This document shows positions 25,338 to 38,361 of a stretch of 40,715 nt of DNA, piece after piece; positions within the stretch are counted from its first letter, which is position 1, and every line of letters starts with the position of its first letter. The notes under the pieces are model-generated. The model had not been told where the DNA came from and searched no databases. It saw nothing but the letters and a program-made list of their open reading frames with translations. The stretch lies in assembly GCA_009602725.1 (NCBI GenBank), contig WELB01000017.1, forward strand, positions 960,760-1,001,474, written 5' to 3'. The stretch is from Spirogloea muscicola (taxonomy: Eukaryota). A program made the translations under genes and the position numbers.

Positions 25338-26891
25338 CGCCGCGGGCCCGGCGCCGTCGCGGGCGTCATGGCCGCCGCGACTGCCATGCTGCCGGCGCTC
25401 CTCCTGCTGGCGGCGCCGCTGCTGTTGGCGGAGCTGCCGCACGGCGCCCGCACGCAGGTCCGCGACGGGCCCCCAGCTGTGCCACCGCCATTGCCAGGCG
25501 AAAGACCTCCATTACCGCCTAATGAGCTGTCGAACTGACCTGACCTAACCCTAGTTAACAGCTAACCTAACCCAAGACCTGCAGGCGGCAGTCCTGCTGG
25601 CGGTAGAGGGCCAGTGCCAGGCTAGAGACCTCAATCACCGCCCAATGAGCTGTCGAAGTTGACCCTGGCCTAACCCTGATTGAGAGCTAAGCTAACCTAA
25701 CCCTAAACCTGCAGGCGGTAGCCCTGCTGGCGGTAGAGGGCCAGTGCCAGGCTAGAGACCTCCATCACCGCCCAATGAGCTGTCGAAGTTGACCCTGACC
25801 TAATACTAATGGAGAGCTAACCTACTCCTAAATCCTGCAGGCGGTAGCCCTGCTGGCGGTTGAGGCCACCCATCTCGCCGCCATTCTCTTTCTTCTCCGT
25901 CACGATGCCGTGGCTTACGGCGCCTCCCCCGCGGTGCGGGACCCATGTCGGCTGCTTGCCCGGCGGGGCTGGCTGCCGGCGGCTGCGCTGGGTCTCCTGT
26001 GCGCGCTTGCCGCTGACGCCCTGACCACCCACCTCGTCGACTGCCTCTTCGGACCAGACTTGAGCATCACAGCCCTGTCGCGGCTCGGCTTTGCAGCCCT
26101 GGCCTCGTCTGTGGCGAGGGTTGGAACATAGCTTCGTTGGGCTGCACGCTGCAGTTGCAATCTGAAGTCCTGCACATGAGTAATCTGATTGCTGAGTGTG
26201 AAGCGGGGCCCCTGACTACGCAAGTTCACCAGCAGTCAGGTCCAATGAAACACGTTGGAGCCTTATGTTGGAGCCTTGCTTTCACTTACATTAAAGATGT
26301 CAGTTATACCCTCATAAAAGCATCCGTTTACAATGCTTATCTTGCAGGATTGACCCTTGCCCTTAAGCAACAACCATAGAAGATAAAGTAAAGTGAGCTA
26401 CAAAAACCTGGTAGTCTTGCCAGCAGAGCCATCGAATAAGCCTGTACTGACCACTTATCAGCAGAAATCGGCCGACCAGAAGTCATACTTATCGGTCATC
26501 CTTGACAAAAGTCAGGCCATGGGCGCAGGTGAAGCTGCACGCGTACATGGCAAGGACGGTGCAGTCGCTGCTCTCAGGCGGCGGCACAGCGAGCGTCTTG
26601 ACGGTCACAGCGCTGTGCGTCGTCGGCCCACTTACGGAGGAGCTCCTCTTCAGGCGCTTCCTCCTCGTCTTGCTGACCAAGTGGATGCCCACGTCCGCAG
26701 CGCTGTGCAGCAGCGCGCTGGCCTTTGCTGTCTTGCACGGCTGGCCACGAACCTTCCTCCCCCTCTCTGCCGCTGGCTGCATCCTTGGAGCAGCATATGC
26801 CTGGACGGGCAGCCTCATGGCCCCCATCGCCATCCACGGCGCCCACAACGCCATTGCCCTCGCCTACATTTGGCGACTCCGTCCCGTCTGA
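25338..26891 (+). CDS. CAAX amino-terminal protease (CPBP/Abi, Rce1-like) intramembrane glutamic protease; start in the gap
   Basis: Exons: gap-~25457 (...LPHGARTQ), 25841-~26119 (AVALLAVEATHLAAILFLL...LVDCLFGP) and ~26529-26891 with GPLTEELLFRRFLL (EExxxR), FAVLH and IHGAHNA (HxxxN) plus hydrophobic segments. Confidence 0.85.
25492..25866 (+). repeat. Three tandem copies of a ~126-130 bp unit spanning an intron 3' end and the exon start
   Basis: TGCCAGGC..AGACCTC..CCGCCyAATGAGCTGTCGAA..CTAACC..CCTGCAG GCGGyAGyCCTGCTGGCGGT recurs three times; the CAG acceptors end at 25584, 25714 and 25840. Confidence 0.95.
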
Positions 26892-27985
26892 AGCTTGTTC
26901 ATCACCTTGCAGGGGGCCCACCTGTTGCAACTTGGTGATCACGGTTTGTAGACTTGCTTGAAGCTTTATCATCAATTCACGTTGCAAGCCCTTGCCTTGG
27001 GATTCAATCAGTGCGTGACATACGCAAACTTTAATTGCAGAAGGATGAGGATGAGGAGGCCCCCTTTGCGCGACGTGAAGTTGCCAACGAGGCACTGACT
27101 GGTCATGCCATCTGAATTTGAGTGCCAGGCAACATCGGTCGGTCAGATCAGCATGCAGATGCAGAAGAGTGCCATCATCTCCATGCCAAGGGAAGCACTG
27201 GCCGTCTGGCTTATCTGTCGACGCTGTATGGCAGTTAAAAGTATATAGCTTGACATATTTTGTGCTATATCCTGTCGGTGGCTCACGTCGTTATTAGACA
27301 AGGATGCTGAGTGGCTGCAAGCATGGACGTGTAAATGCGTGTGCAGCCACCTCAGCATCCTTGTCACATCACCACAGAGCTACCATGGGATATGGCACTA
27401 CCAATCGCAGTCAAAGAGCACGGACCAGACTTGCACATGCAGTTTGTCAGATGTACGTGGATGAATGTCATAACCTTTGAACAATGGAGGTCCTCCCTCG
27501 CCACTTTCTCCTGGTAGTGCGTTCACCGCACTTGTCACAAGTATATCACTTGCCAGAGCCCTTCACATCCCCAAGCGAGTTTACTTCTTATTAGCCTTGA
27601 CAACCAACTTTGGTGGGTGTATTTTGCTAGATTGACTCCTACTCCGTGCTTGGTTGGCCACCTGCGGGCTATCTGCTACTTTGCAGCAGATGCACGTACT
27701 TCGAAAAATTGGAGAGGGCTTAGCAGAGGTCTTATATATACCTCTTTTGTATCTGTGCATGCAAGTGGAATTGAACGTTACTTCCTCGTGGAACACCACA
27801 TCTCACACTGGCTTGTAACGGAGATTGAAGTGTGTCCACCCAACCCTTCTCAGGTAGTTCTTTCAGAACTCAACTCATGTATAATACACTTCGGTGCAAC
27901 ATGTTGTTTCGCGGTCCCATAAAGAATGAATGCAGTCCAGTGAGGTCCATCACCTATTATAGAAAGGTGCCAGGACTCATCCTGA

Positions 27986-30002
27986 CTAGTCGTCAGGAGT
28001 TGGCACATCTGGTTCATGAAAGTTGGTCGAAGCCTTGGCATGCTCTAGCCTGTCAGCGACAGTATCCCAAGATACTAGATGCTCCAAAAATGTCTCAATG
28101 TACCTAGCTCTGTCATTCTGCAAGAGTATAGCACAACTCCTGGCAGTGTCAAGTCATCAGGCCACAGAACATAAGGTACATTGACAGAGGCACTCAATGA
28201 AGCATGTGCAAGGTCCTCTTCAGAGCGTTTTCACTGCAGAGCAAGCAACCAGGAGACATAATTATAAGCAGACCCTAGTCAGCTTTTGTGAGGCGGGTTA
28301 GGGATGGGGCGCGCACTTGATAGTCAATGTAGTACGCGTGCTGGAGTACATCAGAGAAAGAAACAAAAGGAGGAGCTCAGACTACGTGCAGCAACATCTC
28401 CACGCATGGTGACCGTGTTACTTATCCACCAATTGAGTCCGCAAAGGGGAAGTCATGCAGATTGTCAATTTGAACGTTTCAGCTACACATGCTTGCAATG
28501 TAGCATGACTTCAGAACATGATCACAGGGCATCGCTCTACTCGTTTGCTGAATATACCTCCCAAACATCCATTGTGAGGAGGGGCTGCAGGACCACAATG
28601 TACAAGCACAAGAAGAGATCATTCTTTAAGTACTGAAGCAGTGCAACATGGGAATATATGAACTGAAGTCAGCTCATCTACAACAAAGCAAGGAGATTGT
28701 AAAGCTGGGGCACAAAGGCACTTACAATCTGATTCAGCTGGAGTGGGCTGAGGGCGTTTGGAGTCTTGTCTACCAGCAACTTCCCATCTTTTGCTGTATG
28801 TAGAAAACTCACGGACAGGCCGACAATAAGCTATGCTTCATAAGCAGAGCAAGCAGAACAACCACTGTCAAGATTCTCTGTGACTTGGACTGTCCATTTC
28901 CTTGAATACATTGCACTGAACAACCACCACTGCAAGGCACTTACCAGCCAACCAGGCCCAACCAGAACCAAATTGTGTGAGGCCTGCTTTCTTGAACTCC
29001 TCCACAAAGCTCGTATAAGACCCAAAATCCCGCTCAATCAACTCCAATAGCTCACCGGTTGGCTTTCCACCGCCCCCGGGCTTCATGGACTCCCAATAGA
29101 ATTGGTGATTCCAGGCCTGCAGGTCAATTGGCTCTTGGCATGAGCAAGGCAGGTTGACGGAGGAGCCGGTGTCTACATTTCAAGCCTCACTTATAATGGG
29201 CATTGCCAGTTCAGTAGCTCAACAGCGCTAACTACACTTGCGAGGCCATCCTTAAACCCTGGCTAGAGCAAGCAAGTCCACCAATTTCCGTGACAGATGC
29301 AAAAACCTAATTTCAGAACCCTGAATGCTGCACACAAGCACTTCTGTTCCTGTAAAGGGTTAGCCAAGAGGATTTAATCACAGAGCTGCGAAGCCGTGGA
29401 CGGAATGTACCTGTCCAGCATTGTTGAATTCAGGTCTAGGGTTGCCCCTGTTGTAGGTGATCCGGACAACCTCCTCGAGCTCAGCCCGCTCCAAGTCCGT
29501 GCCCGCCGTTTGCTTGTTCAGGTTGTCCACATAAGTCCTGTGGTGCCTTCCCCAGTGGACGTTCAGGGTCTCCTCGCTGAGGTTGGGCTCCAGAGCATCC
29601 TGCGGTGTCGCGGCTGCAAGCCCAGATGTGAGGGCGATGAGCAGCCCGCACACGACGAGGACACAACAGCTGCGTCGAATTCCAAGTGCTGAAGAGGATT
29701 CAAACAGCGAGCCCCCACGTGATACATCCTGGCTTTAAGATAGACCCACAGTACTTAGACGAAACATGCCGTCATGGTGCACATGACATAAATGAGCAAC
29801 TCTGAAGGCCGCAGTGGCTGAATGGCTGGGTGCCTAAAGTGCCGTTTCTACGGTAAGTGGAAGGCATGGTCACCAGCGCGTAGGGCGGTGGTAGGAGCTC
29901 GAAGGCGGCGCGCGCGGGGGAATGGCTAGACTGAGCTCGCCCGGCGCCCGGTGCGCGCCATTGCATCTGGCACGTTGGCGCAACAGCAGCTGGCTGAGCC
30001 AT
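27986..30002 (-). CDS. FSD3: Plastid-type iron superoxide dismutase, FSD3-like; at least 7 exons
   Basis: Exons ~30002-29874, 29599-29411, 29116-28945, 28794-28725, 28594-28558, 28340-28318, 28117-27986. Peptides: [72 protein letters not shown]..|[46 protein letters not shown]. All four metal ligands (H, H, D, H) are present. The true 5' end may lie upstream. Confidence 0.9.
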
Positions 30003-30282
30003 TGGCGCTTGGATAGACGGCCAGACGCCAGAAGCGAGCGGACTGGTCGCGCGGACGACATTCTGACGACCAAGTCCAAGCGGCTTGAGGGCTCGTCGAG
30101 CGCTGCGTGCACGACGGGCCCTCGCCCGGATGGCCAGCCGGCAAGCTCGCTCACCCGGGAGCGCCGCGACGGCGGCCACCGCAGGGACGCCCTGGCGACG
30201 AGCCACCGCCGCTGGGTGGGCCGCGCGAGGCCAGCAGCCTCCGAAGCGCGGCAGCCGCCGGCGGCGGCGGCGGAGGCGGCGG

Positions 30283-31094
30283 GTGCTCGTCCTGCGCGAG
30301 CTTGGGGACTACCCCGCCCCACAGGGCATGCAACTCCACCTGCCACTCTCAAATTGACGCATGAGAAGTTGCTCGCGTGTGCCCGTCGTGACGAGGCATG
30401 CGCCAATGTCCTGGCGCCACTGTATCATCCCCGCGCGATAACTCACAAGAGACAGGTCCTGGTGGGATGCTCACCTGAGAGGCAAGGGCTTCGCCAAGTA
30501 CTGTGCCGTCAGTGCTGACCTAGAAGACGCCAAGGCAGGCACTTGGGAGGCTGAGCTGCAGGCTAGTGGCCAGCAGTGGTCCATTGCCAGCAGCCTTAAG
30601 TATTGGCAGGCTGAGGCCGCCATGCTTCGTGACATCCATGAAAGCAGAGGCCGGTGGAGCCAACATCAAGAGTCGCACGGTAGAGGCGGACTGCATGAGG
30701 CCATCGGCAGCTTATGACGATTGCCTCGTTACATTCAGCTGTCACTGACGGGTGCAGGGCTTACGACGGCCGCGCCGGTCTCGTCGCAGCTCGTCTCTAT
30801 GCCCAGAACAAAGTGGGGCCCCGCCGATAGCGCGCCGGCGTGAGCAGCGACGCTTCCGCCAGCAACGGAGGCGTCACCTGCGCTACCACCCCACCGCCTT
30901 CTCCATGGGCCGCAACGGCCTGCCGAGGCCTGCAAGCCGCCTCCGCGGCCTCCGGGATGGGAGCTGGAAGCCCGGAGAGCGGCGGCAGCGGGCCTGCTAG
31001 CGCACGGCGAGCCGGGCGTGGCCGGCTGGAGAAGGAGCCAGCATCTGCCGCCACCGCCGCTGCCGCCGCCTCTTGTGCGCGCAGCCGCCAGCAT
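30283..31094 (-). pseudogene. GCP1: Truncated TsaD/Qri7/GCP1 (OSGEPL1) tRNA threonylcarbamoyltransferase: only the first three exons are present
   Basis: Exons 31094-30765 (targeting peptide + FVLGIETSCDETGAAV), 30519-30475 (VSTDGTVLGEALASQ) and 30339-30283 (VELHALWGGVVPKLAQDEH). Homology stops there. No GPGL, HHxEAH or SGGH segments are found before the SOD gene. Confidence 0.8.
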
Positions 31095-31186
31095 CCAGCG
31101 GCCGACTGGCGGCAGAACGCAGCCCGCGTGCNCGCCGCCTTCGCCGCCGCGCCCGCCGCCGCGGCGGCCGCCGCGGCCGGGGCGCG

Positions 31187-34100
31187 ATGTCGATGCGCAA
31201 GGCCTTCGGGTCGCTCAAGGACACCACGCGCGTCGGCCTCGTGAAGATCAACAGCGAGTATAAGGTACAGCTTCGCAGGCTCTCTCTCCTCCCTGTGCCG
31301 GAGCTGCGCTGCGCCCGGCAAGCCGAGGAATCGCCTCCAGGGCCTTATCGGAGCTGGCCGAAGCTCGTCGGAGCTGGCAGGCTCTGTCGGTTAGGGGACC
31401 TAGTGCACGAACTGTGGCTGTCTTGTCGTTGTTTAGCGGGGACTTGAGACTCCGCGGTGCTCTGTGAAGCTGGATAAGAGTCGTTCGCTGCCACATGAGA
31501 ACACACATTGGCAAGCCGGTGAAGTACAGCAACAAGATGGTTCATCTATCAGTAGCAGAAACATGGAGGCAAGGCACACGCTTGTGAGACTGGGAAGGAC
31601 CTGTCGCCAGCAACGATTACCCTGTTTCGTGTGTTTTAGAGCACGGGCTTGCTTTAAAGTGTTGGCCATTAGGTTTCAGTACCTGGTCATGGAGCTGCTT
31701 TTCTCACAGTGAAGTGTATCGTGGAACAGATACTGGACGTGGCAATTGTGAAGGCCACCAATCATGTGGAGGCTCCACCTAAGGAGAAGCATGTGCGGAG
31801 TAAGTATACAAGGCAAGGAGTCCGATAATTATCTCGTCTAGACTTTGTATTGTTGGACCCTTAGCCAGGTCTTGCTGATTGAGCAGCAGCAGAGTCTGGA
31901 CTTGTGAGTCCTCCTGACTTTTGAGTCCTCCTGGATCTGGATCATTATTGTGTGTCTGGACCAAGCGTTGGGTACAATGACCTAGGCAATCATAGATTGC
32001 TTGGTCTGGCCCAGTACTTCTTTGCTCCTGAAGACAATGTCAGAGGAAACGTTTTGGGTTTAGATGCCTGTGAACAAGATGGTTGACTAATCCATGTATG
32101 CTGTCCACCTATATGCAGCCATCTTTGCAGCCACCTCAGCAGCTAGACCACGTGCAGATGTTGCGTACTGCATCCACGCCTTGGCCAAGCGTCTCTCAAA
32201 GACGCAGAATTGGACGGTATGATCTTGGACCAACTTAGTCCGAAACGCAGTGGAGAGCAGTCCATCACCTTCTTACCGTCAAGCGTGATGTTGAGGAGCT
32301 TGAGAGTCTGTGAAAGAGCAGGTTGTACGAGCCCAGTACTGTGGAGAAGAGCTGTGTTTAGGTCAGGCCTACTGAGTAACTCGGGCTGCTGCTTCTCGTC
32401 CCCTCACTCTCACTTCCAGTCATCTGTTGTACTGGAGCTCGGATTCATTGACACTATTGTCTTGTACTGTGTCAGGTTGCTCTGAAGACACTGATGGTAA
32501 TGCACCGAACTTTGCGAGAAGGGGATCCCACTTTCCGAGAAGAGCTCATAAACTATGCGCGCAATCGAGGCCACATCCTCAACCTGTCCAACTTCAAAGA
32601 TGACTCCAGTCCTGTGGGTGAGTTGTTGTGTGAGTTGTTTGTGGCTCAGTGTCTGCAGGGGGCTGGCACCAATTTCCACATTGTGTGGAGGTCGGACTAA
32701 ATTGAGCATGTTGTGGTCAGCAAGGTCTGCTGGATGGAGAAAAGACGAGTGGGGCATAACCTTCTGTCTGTGTCAATGTGGTGCATCTCATGGACATCGC
32801 CAGCCTGGGACTGCTCTGCTTGGGTGCGCACGTATGCTCTGTACTTAGAAGAGCGCCTGGAGGCCTTCCGGATACTGAAGTACGACATTGAGTCGGAGCG
32901 CTCCACGGTGAGTTGGTGGAGGTGGTCAGCAACTCAGTGGTCTCATTGTTACCAGCTGTCTCAAGAGCAAGAATGAAAAGGTGGCAAGAGGTTGAAAATG
33001 GCCTTCACCTAATGTTGAGTGGTTGTCTTTGAAGGCTGTTATTTCTAAATACACACCTTGGTATGATGAAACTCCACTCAAGTGGCAGCTTAATATTGTT
33101 TGTGCAGGGGCACAGCCGAACAAGGGAGCTTGACTCTCCAGACCTGCTTGAGCACCTACCAGCACTTCAGCAGATGCTTCACCGGTTAATGAACTGCGAG
33201 GTGATTGTGGGCTCTGCTTCATAAGTTGTGTTGGTGTGCCTGTTGGGCAGGTCTTGAGAGTGTGTTGTATCTTTCTCACTGACTAAAGCTTCAGTGCGAC
33301 ACAAAGTTGCCACCTGGATGTCAGTGCTCATTGGGCACCATGCACTTGTCATGTATGCAGCCCGAAGGTGCAGCAGTGACCAATCACGTCATACAGGCAG
33401 CCTTGGGACTGGTGAGATTGAATGTAGTCTTGCACTGTATCAGTATGGTCCCTATCTATTGATACCTCCTTCTGTAACTTGTCACTGCTCTAGAGCTGGG
33501 CTGGCTACCTCCTTCTGACAACACCTGCTGATCAATGTAGACCAGATTTGTCCCTGTAGTAGTCACATCTGTGGAGAGACAATGCCTTTGCGTCTTAATG
33601 TTATGCAATGTGCAACTCTTACTGGCTTTTCCTCTTTCCAGGTGCTTAAGGAGAGCTTCAAGCTGTATCGGGCAATTAATGATGGTATCATCAATCTAGT
33701 CGATAAGGTAATCTGCTGCCTAACGGCTTGCATTCCCAAAGGGCTGCAGCAGCTGAGCCTATGTGACTCTATTATTTGCAATGCTCAGTCTCCGGATGTA
33801 TGTCTAGCCATAAGTGTGCCCTTATCGCCTTCCCCTATCTTGTGCAGTTCTTTGAGATGGCTCGGCACGATGCTTCCAAAGCCCTGGATATATATAAGCG
33901 AGCTGGACAGCAGGTTGGCAGCTTCTTATGCCTGTCAATGTAATAGGTGTCTACTTGTAAGGCACACGGTGTTAAGTTGCCTGACAATGGTCAAGCATCT
34001 ATTCGACAAGCCTAGTCTGTGTTGGAGATCTCAAGCTCATAGAAGGGCTGTCTTGTGCACTCCGTTCCTTGCAGGCTGAGCGATTGTCAGTGTTTTATGA

Positions 34101-36299
34101 CACATGCAAAAGGCTTGATCTTGCGCGCAACTTCCAGTTCCCAACTCTTGAGCAGGTATGCACAACACATATTTGAGAGAGCCAGTTTTACTTCGCTAGG
34201 GAAGGTCACGTGTGTCTGGTTAAAAACGCTCGATGTTGTCTCTTTGAGGATCTTGTGTCCTGCTTTAAAGCAATGAGTATATGTCATTGGTAAAATTGTG
34301 GCTGCTGCTGCTTTTTACCAGTTCATTGCAAGCAACAAGAAGGGCTTGTCACTTCAGCTGCTCTGTGGGGCTGAAAAGTTACCGTCTTGGTGTGTCTACT
34401 GTGTATACACCCTGTGCATGCAGCTGACAATGTATCATTCTTATCTCTACTGAGCAGCCGCCGCAATCGTTCCTTACAACGATGGAGGAGTACGTGCGGG
34501 ACGCGCCTCGGGTTTCTCAACCCAAGGAAGCAACTGGAGTGGGTCCCATATGCCTCTCTGTGATGCAGAGCCCCCAAGGAGTGTGTCTGTGGGAGCTGCA
34601 GTACTGACTGTTGTTGAATGTCTCAAGCATGACTGTGATCAAAGACTCAGGGTGCTGGGCAGCTGAGGAAGGTGTGTGGACATCTCTATGTGAACATGTT
34701 GTTGAGGACGTCGGTGGTGATGGATTCGCTAGATATGTCCAACTTCACAGGACTCTTATGAAGATGACCGCCCTCTGCAAAGGAGGGCTGGACCTTCCAA
34801 TGTTGAGGAGCAAAGGATAAATCAGCCAGTCCGCAACGGGGCACCCCCACCTCCATCAAATTACAATGCTGATAACAGTGACCTACTGGTATACTGCTTA
34901 TGATCTGATGGCCTTTATTACGATCTTCTCATGAAGTTGCTGCTTCTTGTTGGTCTCTTCCTGGTTGTCATGCAGTAGCCATTATCATCTTAATCCACCT
35001 AAGGCTTTTCGCATGGATAAAGTGCATTCGCTCGACTTGGCCTCAAGCACTCTGTGCACCATTTCTCTTTCTGTTTACAGGGTATGGGAGATGACCCACA
35101 TCCAAATGCGAATGCGCTCGAGGAGAGCAATGCACTTGCCCTGGCAATTGTTCCATCAGGTAAGACTTCATCACAACAGGCGTTCATTAGTGACTAGTTA
35201 GTGGATTGACTTGGTGCCGCATCTGACCTTCCTCTGTCCTTTTCCTGTATTAGCTTTGTGTATGCAACATAGCTCTGTGTTTTGTCATCCACTTCTTGTA
35301 CGCTAGGTAAAGTTGCGCAGCTCCTCCTGTGCGGATGATTGACACACAGGCGGTCCGTCAGCCAATGGAGATGTTCCACCGCCACAGGATCAGACAACAA
35401 CAGGGTGGGAGCTTGCACTGGTTTCAGCCCCCAGTCAAAGCACTGCCAATGGGAATGCGCCAGCGTTCACTGGCCAGCTGGTATGTCTCTTGCACCTCTT
35501 GGGCAAGGCTAGCATTGCTGTGCTTGGTCTGGACTTCACGCTTGTTCGTTCTGCAAAGCTGAGCTATCAGAGCACCTATCAACTTGCAGTACATCCCTGG
35601 TCTCATTCACTTAATCGCAGTTCTGCCAATGGTGGTTGGCATCTTGTGTCCCACACTTCAGGAATGGTGCTTTCCTCACGGCAGGTGTGCGTGCTTTTTC
35701 ACAGGCCGGCGGGCTAGACAAATTGACACTAGATAGCTTGTACGAGGATGCCGTCGCTCGCCCTACTGTTCAGTCCTATGCCTACGGAGCTGCAGGCCAG
35801 AACCTGAACACTGGTGCTCAACAAGCAGCCCAACCCTTCCAACCGCAAGCAGCATATCAGGTTGGTCTCCAGACTAAGCTGTGGCTGCCTTTGGTTTCTA
35901 GAGATACTTTTAGCCCCCCAGAATTGACTAGCGAGACGCTTGTACGGCTAGTCTTATAGAGCTTATTGGCTGTGCTGCTTGCAGGCTCCTCTTGATCCGT
36001 TCGCAGCATCATCAAATTATGCGCCCCCCCCAACAGTGCAAATGGCACACATGGCGCGTCATCAGCAGCAAATGATGGCGCCACAGCAGGGACCATACAT
36101 GCAGCCGCAAATGATGCAGCCGATGCAGCCTGCCTACGGCATGATGCCAGTCGCCGCCAACCCCTACGCCCTCAATCCATACGGGATGCAGCAGAACCCC
36201 TACGCAGCTGTGCCAGGGGCGGCACCCATGCTGGCTCTGCCGGCTCCTCCCACTGCACAATATGCCAACAACCCCTTTGGGAATCCTCACCTAATGTGA
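31187..36299 (+). CDS. ANTH-domain clathrin assembly protein (PICALM/AP180-like, plant ECA/CAP type), ~16 exons
   Basis: Peptides [198 protein letters not shown], and C-terminal NPFGNPHLM*. Confidence 0.95.
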
Positions 36300-37989
36300 G
36301 AGCTTGACAAGGAGCTGGGCAAGCCAGCCCTGGAAACCTCAGCACCAAGAGCTGTATGCCTTGGTGACGACTGGGCCGGTGAGAGGACCTTTATGGCTCG
36401 TTTCGGACATGTGTGGAATGATTAGAGAGGGCGGCTTGAGCGTTCACCCTCTAGTGAGCTCAACCTGTCAACTGCGAGTAGCCTGTCACTGGAGGTCGCT
36501 GGCAATGGGCAGCATGTGGAAGGGGAGACGTCCAGCTGCATCAATCAAATGGCCGCTGCTCGGCGTCTTGGGGGACAAGTTGAAAAGGTGGTCATATCTT
36601 CCCACAGTGTGCATTGCTGGAGCAAGCAAGGTGAGGGGTTCGGTAGGGGTGATGGAGCCTTGAGGCCGCATGCCTCAGACGGCCGGTGACAGTCAGAGCC
36701 TGGAGCATGGCTTTGCCACTGGCCACAACACCAGCACAGCTGCTGTCTCTTCGCTGTGCCCAAATGATGGCTGCTCCTCAGTCTCACTCCTCTGCCATGC
36801 TCCTGCCTGCAGCTGATGAGTACAACGCCATCAGCTTAGTACTGTATGCTGCTCAATATCTCAAAGCCGCCGATGCAAGCCTGGGGTTTCTATTTCACCT
36901 GACAGTATACCACTTGTCAAAGTGCTGCTGGATTGTCCTGAAAGTTGGCATTTATTTTGTCCTCTGGTTCCCACGTATCAACAGTCGAAGTGACATGCTT
37001 ATGCCTAGCAGGGCAGCAAGAGGGCGATTCTTTCTACCGAATCAGAGAGCACCCGTGATTAGTGATGATGAGGCAGCAGGCAGCCATAGTTGGTGGAGAG
37101 CTCAAGTGCTGAACTCTTAGCCAAGACTTGAAGGTGGTCACGGAACAGAAACTATGTGGAGGGTCGTGATAGTGCTTGGCTGGAACGGCAGTCCGCCACA
37201 AACGGCTGGACGGAGTCAGATGGCTGCAATGAGGGCAAGACCACAACTCATTATGAGCAGCTCACGCATGGTGTGCTGTATTGAGGCTCTCATGCTACAA
37301 ACCAGCGCCTATGGCTCAAGCACCTTTTATCAATTAATACCAGCTGCCTTCAGCCAGACTCACAGTCTGTTGCGAGTTTGAAAAGCTCCTGCAAGCCTGG
37401 AATACAGGTCCTGCCATCCCCAAATGGTCGCGCTGTTGTCCAGTATCATGCAAAAGCACAACACTGCTCCAAGCAAAACAATAAAAGAAGTTCCTTCGGA
37501 GAAGCCGGTGGGCCAGTCCAACACGGGAAAGGCGCGCGGTGCGCATGAATTATACGAGGCCAATTCAGGCTAAGAACATTGATCAGGCAGCAATAGGAAG
37601 AAGAAAATCTCTCTACAGGGGGGCAGTGGCCGTGAGACCCAAGATTACAAGACGCTTCCAGTAGAGGGCGGTGGCTGTGAGAGGCCAGCCCAGAAGAAAC
37701 AGGGTCAATGGGGAGGCTACCAAAGATATGCGCAGAAGGCTCTGCAGAACAACTTCTTATAACGGTTGGCCATGTAGGAAAGGGGAACGGCACAAAGGAG
37801 GCACCTTGCTGTCACAGCCGGTGTGCTGCGGAACACTAGGTGTGGCGACGTCGAAGGAGACCTTCTTCACTCTTTTGTGGGCTTGCTTTTCACAGCCCTT
37901 GCCCTCCTTGCAGAGTTTCTACCTCCTCTTTTGAAACTGCTGCTTTTACAAACAGAAGCTCTTCCTGAGGGGACAAGGGCTGTAATCGG

Positions 37990-38260
37990 AAAGTTTGCGT
38001 GTATTTGAAACAGACGAAGGCCTAAGTAGCTAAGCACAGAGGCAAGCACAATCAATGACGTACATCACCCACTGCAAATTGACCCACTCATCAACCACGG
38101 GTCAATACGTAAAGGTTGGTAAGTGATGCCTACAAACCAGATGGCAGATTCGAAGCCCTTTCCACAAACTAGAGGTCGCCCAGCTTTCTGGTGCAAAGCA
38201 TGAGCCTGAGCACGCTGCAAACAGGCCGACGCTTGCTGTAAACGAAGGAGCTTCTCCAAG
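37990..38260 (-). mobile_element. Diverged subfamily A' copy
   Basis: LLRLQQASACLQRAQAHALHQKAGRPLV...IDPWLMSGSIC; its 3' end TTTCAAATACACGCAAACTTT matches the subfamily A end. Confidence 0.62.
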
Positions 38261-38361
38261 CGGGGCGAGGGCTGCAAAAGGCCAGCCCACAAATGACTGA
38301 CAAAGTCCAGAAGAGGTAAAGTGGATAGCACGCAGGAAAACAAGGACAGAAGGAGCTCCTT

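Noticed and set aside
23751..25548. 400-560 aa ORFs in the ORF track
   Set aside because: Artefacts of translating through the N gap; the two sides belong to different genes on opposite strands.
26900..27980. Short ORFs between the CAAX protease and the SOD
   Set aside because: No recognisable motifs or consistent exon chain; likely UTR/intergenic.
36300..37560. ORFs of 60-144 aa downstream of the ANTH gene
   Set aside because: No recognisable domain or splice structure.
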